Shown here: in pieces, positions 58,101-64,000 of the stretch
Numbering within the stretch: the stretch's first letter is position 1
Layout: every line of letters starts with the position of its first letter
Origin: Trichinella spiralis
Lineage: Eukaryota
Length of the DNA: 64,000 nt
NCBI RefSeq assembly: GCF_000181795.1
Contig: NW_003526943.1
Span: 11,708,007-11,772,006 of the forward strand
Direction: 5' to 3'
Notes under the pieces: model-generated
What the model was told of the DNA's origin: nothing
Database searches by the model: none
The model's input: the letters and a program-made list of their open reading frames with translations, nothing else
Position numbers and translations under genes: made by a program

Positions 58101-59248
58101 TTGAATATCATCCAAAAGCAGCTTCATAATTTCCAAATGTCCAAACTGTGCACAGTAATGAAATACTGTGCTTTTCTCTTGATTAGGCCAAACAACTAAA
58201 TTTTTTAAATATAAATATTAAATTAAAAAAAATCCAGCACCTGGAAAATAATAAAACCAAAGGATTAAACTTTATTTTCATTATAACTACAGTATGAATT
58301 TTTGTCTAATTCGTAAATGTTATTGCATTCAGTTTCTTTTTAACAAACTGGATAGCACTAGACGCAGAATTCAATTTAAAGTTACATAGAAAAGGAAATT
58401 ATTATTACACTTATTAATGAATACAAAATAGGATAATTTTTGATTAACATTTAGTTAGTTTCTTTCATTATGCGTTCTTCAGCAAGCAAATGCGTTATTA
58501 CTAATGCTGTTAGAAAATTTTATTATAAGCTGTACTCAAGGCAGGATGTGACAAAAAATTTTTATAATAATTACCGCATAACTCAGGCTTGGAAAGAAGC
58601 AATTCAACAGTTTCATAATGCCCTTTCAACGCAGCCAAATGAAGTGGTGTATCCTGAACACCAGTTAGACTGTTTGGATTCGATGAAAACAACAACAACA
58701 GCCTAACGATTTCTGTAAAACCAAAGTATGAAGCCAAATGTAATGGAGTAAAACTAGCCCAATCAATCTGGTGTACATCTGCTTCCTTCTCTAGCAAGCT
58801 TTTCACAATCTGGTGATCAAACAAATACATTATGGATTCAAAATTCACTCGTAATACATACCTCAGACTTCTCACAAAGAACAGCAATATGAAGCAAAGA
58901 CATTTTACGCCAACTGATACTGTTCACATTTAAATTTAAATTTTCCAACACTGATTTAAATCTGTTAACATCATTCTAAAAATTCAACAATCAGAAAAAT
59001 TTGAGCTGTAAGAAACATTACATACCTCATAACAAGCAATTAACAGTTCAGACAACAAAGAGTCAGAAGTTAAAGCAACATCATTCAAAAGTCCACGTTC
59101 CAATAATTCTAAACTTAGCCTATAACCTTTGGAAATCTTGTCGTATAATTCATCTGTAAAAATTCAACAGAATTTTAAACAGTGTATACAAGCAATGAAT
59201 AAAATTACCCGACAGTGAATGCTTCGGCCTTTTCATATAATTACCCAT
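55170..59248 (-). CDS. TNNI3K: Ankyrin-repeat TKL kinase TNNI3K-like, multi-exon
   Basis: N-terminus MGNYMKRP; ankyrin repeats ([35 protein letters not shown]); kinase [47 protein letters not shown]-terminal DKNGYVVDP; TAG at 55172-55170. Confidence 0.93.
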
Positions 59249-60140
59249 TTGTGAATGTGAGATCAATGTGACATATCAAAAGAAAGCTAGGAAATTCGCA
59301 ACCTGAAAGATCTCAAATCATAAAAAAAGTTCGGAAATTCGAAGAAAGTAAAAACCTAAACAACTTCTGAATCACTGAAAAAAACCAGTGAATCTGATAC
59401 TGCCATCAAAAGCACAGCTACATTTTCTAAAACAGACTAACGGTAAGATAAAATAAATAGATAACTTCAAATATTATAAGATTCAACACTTAACATATGA
59501 TCATAATCGTATTGACAATCTTACTATTATTTCGCATCAAGCTTTATTTGCTACAGTAATCATATTTTCAAACTTCTAAAGTTCTGTTTAAAAACGTAAA
59601 GATATTAAGCTTTAACTATCTTGATTAAACATAATCCACTGAATCTTTTCACAAGTATAATCCTAATTACTGATTTTCAAATATTTCTATTTAAAAAATA
59701 CAGCTTTTCAGATTATATTATTGTAATACATTACCTGTTAATTACAAATACTGTGGACACTGCAGTAATATCTTTCATTAAATGAGAAACTTTGAACTAC
59801 TGTGGTAAAATTTTTAAATTTATTTTAAATTTATAAATGAACATTTTTGATTTTATATTTTATTCCTCATGTTTTTTATTTTTTAATTTTAACGCATGTT
59901 TTCAGCATAGTTCGTGCATTCTTTGTGAAAAATTTTTTCTTCTCTATTATATAAATTTATTTTACTGTACTGTGCTGAATTGCAGTTATTTTTTATTGAA
60001 AGTTCTTTTTATAGAAATATTAACACTGAAGCAGTTCATTGTTTGTTTATAAGACCCCTACATTTGACCAGTATCGTACGTTTGTTTTTGTTATTTTGAA
60101 TTATTTGAAATTTTCAGATTTGCTGATGAATTTTGGATAA

Positions 60141-61766
60141 ATGGGCCATTTGGAGAATTTTCCGCGATTGGGAATTGTTCGTAGTTTGACAGATATTTAT
60201 ATCACCTTGCGTAACAATGCAGTTCAAAGTCGTCATATATTTCACGATAATGTCAGCAGGAAAAGTGAAGATCGTATGACGTTGATTCCATTGCATGATT
60301 CATCGGTGGAGACCAGTATTCCAATGTCAGATTTCCGAGAACCACCCGAGTGGATTCATATTGTTGATGAAATTCAGTATGATACTTTTTAATTTTATCA
60401 ATTTAGAATGAAATTGTATTATGATGTTCAAAAATTATATAATATATTTTATAATGAAATAATAGAATGCATAAAATAGTTAAAATGTATATATTTTTGC
60501 AGAGCTTTCATGTTTATTGTTATTGAAAAGAGTTATTATCATTACACAGTCTTTGCGTTTGCATGATTAATCAACAACAGCTGGTATTGATTTGCCAGCA
60601 AGATTAACAAAGCATAGTGTTCTTACTATTCAGTTGTTACGATGCTTTTCTGTGCATTAGTGAGGATGCCATTCAATGAAAATTTTCTTTATAGTAAAAA
60701 TCTATATTGCTGTTTGAAATGAAAGTTGAGATTATAAATTAAATTTTTGAGAAAAATGTGGGAAGATGCATTTTTTATCCGAAATTGAAAAGTACATGTT
60801 ATTATTTAATTAAATTTCAATATTGTGTTGGGTCAGTAATGTTGAATTGTTGTAATTTTAATTGTGATACATTGTCATATTAAGAATTTTATTATTCAAT
60901 AATTATAGTTATTTTGTTAATGAAGTGTTGTTTGAATATTCAGATTTGAAATGAGCAAAATAAGCACTCAGATCAACGAATTGAAATCACTTCAACAGCG
61001 GCATGTTTCGCGACCGTCATTCAGTGATGAAATTTCACAAGAAGAACAAAATATTGAGAATCTGACGGGAGAGATTACACATCAGCTTAATCATGTCCAA
61101 AGTCTTTTACAATTGGTGACGCGTTCTCGAAGCGAAGGCACTGCCGAACGTTTTCGAGCTAATGTCGTTCTTGCTCATGTACAAGCTTTACAGGTAGAGA
61201 GGACTGTTTATTTCAAAAGTATAATTTTGATAAATTTAATTTCACTTCAGACATTGACGAGCGATTTTCAACGTAGTCAATCCGAATATTTGAGACAAAT
61301 ACAAAGCCGGGAAAGCAGTTATCAGAAATATTTCGAATCTTACATCAGTTCCGATGTCGGTGATATTTGTTTGCCGGATTTCCAAAATGCGGATATTGGT
61401 GATTTGGCAACAGCATCATCAGCAACGACAACAGGAGCTGAGCCGACAATGAGCGAACTGCAACTTCTCGAACAGAGCACAGTTTTGGTGAAAGAACGAG
61501 AACGGGAAATAATGCACGTCACACGTTCCATTGTTGAATTGAATCAATTGTTCCGTGATTTGGCCACTTATATCTCGGATCAAGGTACTGTATTGGACAG
61601 GATCGATTACAATGTTGAAAAATCTGCGGTGAAGACGAAATCCGCTTTGAGTTCGATCAAAACTGCGGAAAAATACCAACGCAGAAGTCGCAAGATAATT
61701 ATCATTATCACTTTAGCCGCCTTGTGCATCTTGCTCATCATCATCATGGCCATTGTCAAGTCGTGA
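60141..61766 (+). CDS. STX16: Syntaxin-16 (Qa-SNARE); exons 60141-60376, 60944-61193, 61251-61766
   Basis: N-peptide-like RSLTDIYITLRNN, PPEWIHIVDEIQ, RHVSRPSF, SNARE motif EREREI..SIVELNQLFRDL..DQGTVLDRIDYNVE, and a C-terminal TM helix. Confidence 0.93.
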
Positions 61767-62063
61767 TTTCAGATCCATTCAGTCTGTGCTTTTTGCTGTT
61801 TTTAATTTCCATTTCACTTTTTCTCCTGAATCAGCGTGCTTTTGTTACTGTTTGTACTGTTTCCACTGTCTTATATTTGCAGCATGTGTAATAAATTTTC
61901 CTAATCAAGCAAAGCTTAAAAATTCAAATCTAACTATATAATTTGAAATTTAAATTTAAAAAAAACAATAATAAAACCGACCAGCAGTATAAAAAAATTA
62001 TCCAAGTATTTATTGTAGCAGGATAGTGTAGGTAGGGTTTTTTAAAGAAATATTTCCTTTCAT

Positions 62064-62550
62064 TTATTCCAAACTTTTGATATAATCAACTGCTCTTCTT
62101 TTTATTCGTGGCAAAAGATTAACATGATCCTCGGCACATTTGGACACGCACTCGTTGAACATCTTCTCCATGGCTGTCACACTTTTCGTCTCATTTTTAC
62201 TTTTGGAATTCAACTTGTCCTCAACTGCATCCTTGCATTGCATGCTGCATCGATTCAACCTATCCTTAAAAAAATCAATAAATATTATTATAAAAAAAGA
62301 AGATATTTTTAATTTCAAAAACTTGAAAATTTTGCAGTTCATTTGTCATATACTGTTGCACCATGTGCACTCGTCTTGCACACTGCGTCACGCAGTGCTG
62401 CATCGATTCCATGCTCGCTTTGCCATCGTCACAACAATCCGAAGAACACAAATACATCTGCTTTTGTAATTTACGCAAATATTCTCGATCTAAACTATCC
62501 AGCATTTCGTCAGTTGCTTCTTGAATCTTCTTCTGTATTGAATCAGTCAT
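62064..62550 (-). CDS. FAM136A: FAM136A (DUF842) protein, 2 exons
   Basis: LRKLQKQMYLCSSDCCDD..QHCVTQC..ELQNFQ/DRLNRCSMQCKD..ECVSKCAEDHVNLLP, with the twin CX3C-type pattern of FAM136A. Confidence 0.92.
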
Positions 62551-63587
62551 TTTCACAAGAGCAGTGGATGCTATTGATTTATTTTTAATTAAAAACTGAA
62601 ATTAAACCAATCATATAACAAATGAAGTCGAAATGACCATTGCAACACAGTAAAAAAAGAAAACTTCATTTTTCATCGTTCGCAAAAAGATAAACAATGA
62701 ATTGCTAATTATTCACAATACTACGATGTGACATTTTGATAATTTGAAAAATGTTTGAATTTTATCAAAATTAAAATCACATTCATCGACATGACACTCG
62801 GAAGTCCGATAAAAATATTTCCCTATTCCAACGCTGTAGCACTGATATTTTCAATTGTATTACATAAGTTGAACAAAAACACGCAACAATTGTCAAATAC
62901 ATGATCAAGTAATGTAATTTCACAAGCTAACAATAATTTTTCAATAAAAATTTAAAACAGTAAAATACAACTGAATGCTTCACTTAATTTAATCTAAAAA
63001 TATGCTTTTTTAAACTGCATTTCTGCATATGCCTATTGAAGTTAAAATAAAATCAAAAAAAGCAGCGGCACGTAAAATGTGTGAAAACCGTTTTAAATTG
63101 TCTTTTTCTATAGTTGCAATATTTTAATGACAGTATGTGATTTTCAGGATTGTCATACTAAAAAGTGCTTCTCAAGTTGCATTATAATCTTCAGCTTAAT
63201 ATTTTTTTAACTTTCTGGATTGAGAAGTCATGAAAATATTTTTTTTAATCATATAATTTATAAACAAAATGCTTTTTTAATATAAAACATTGAAAAATGA
63301 ATAAAAAAGTAACAAATGCAATGAAAATAATATAAGAACATTTAAAAGTTATGCTTAGTTTTTAAATAGGATTACTTGCCATTGTTGCATATAACGTCTA
63401 TATAATTTGTTCAGCAATTTAAGTAATTATTTGAAAATACTTGGCATATTTTTTATTTTTCAAAAGGTCATTTTCAATATAATAAAAGGTGTTGATGTTA
63501 TTTTGGACTAACTGATAATTTTTATGCTTAAAAATTACAGATTAGTAAAGTTTTAGAAAGATTAAATGTTGAATTATGCTAAAGGTT

Positions 63588-63802
63588 CAGGGGTTCTCAA
63601 CCGGAGAAAGGATTTTCGGATTTCAGGGGAGGGGGGAAATGTAACTGAAGTAAATGTACAGGCACCAGTATAATGATAAATATATTTTCAATTAAGTTTG
63701 CATTATTTGAAGCCAAACATTCTACAAAGGGAGGAGGAGCAGGAATGACGTTTTGAAAAAGGGCAAAAAGGGTCCGTGGGGAAAAAAGATTGAGAGCCAC
63801 TG
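63588..63802. mobile_element. Non-autonomous hAT (Charlie-like) MITE, 215 bp
   Basis: Ends CAGGGGTTCTCAACC and GATTGAGAGCCACTG match as inverted repeats at 12/15 positions. Right flank TACTAGAT resembles the NTCTAGAN target preference. The left flank does not match, so no intact TSD. Confidence 0.7.
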
Positions 63803-64000
63803 TACTAGATATTAATTATTATTTTTTAAGCTTATCTGAATAATTACTATTTGTAAAATTGCTTTACGTTGGCAGTTCACTCTGAATTGCAAAGTAGAGT
63901 TTGCTTTTCAAGTTTGGGTCGAAGTTTTGTTTGCTTTTGGACAAAAGAGCGTTTAAAATTTTTTCCAGTTTTCAATCACTGAGAAAATAAAGTGCTGCTA

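Noticed and set aside
55170..59248. Vertebrate cardiac kinase TNNI3K as a host-derived horizontal transfer
   Set aside because: It has many short AT-rich introns like its neighbours and is divergent from the vertebrate sequence. Invertebrate orthologs are expected, so vertical descent suffices.

Overview
AT-rich, gene-dense eukaryotic (animal) DNA with many short GT-AG introns. Gene content, intron size and transposon types suggest a parasitic clade I nematode such as Trichinella; this is an inference, not verified. Hand-spliced conserved genes: polybromo-1, an intronless CK1/tau-tubulin-kinase-like kinase, an intronless UBASH3/Sts-type histidine phosphatase, CHIC1/2, WDR45/WIPI4, DDX56, POLD1, a GT54 MGAT4 GlcNAc-transferase, BAF, TNNI3K, syntaxin-16 and FAM136A. 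Two genes are not evident from the ORF track: a 4-exon secreted 203-aa protein (4-Cys module plus a His-periodic E/K-rich coiled coil), and a 3-exon 319-aa protein with signal peptide, PAN/apple domain, metal-ligand-less Cu/Zn-SOD-like domain and GPI-type tail. Mobile DNA includes a Tigger/pogo relic, a decayed piggyBac split by a doubly truncated R2-type retrotransposon fragment, a solo LTR with an intact TSD, and a hAT MITE. All calls come from motif recognition by eye; no database searches were run.
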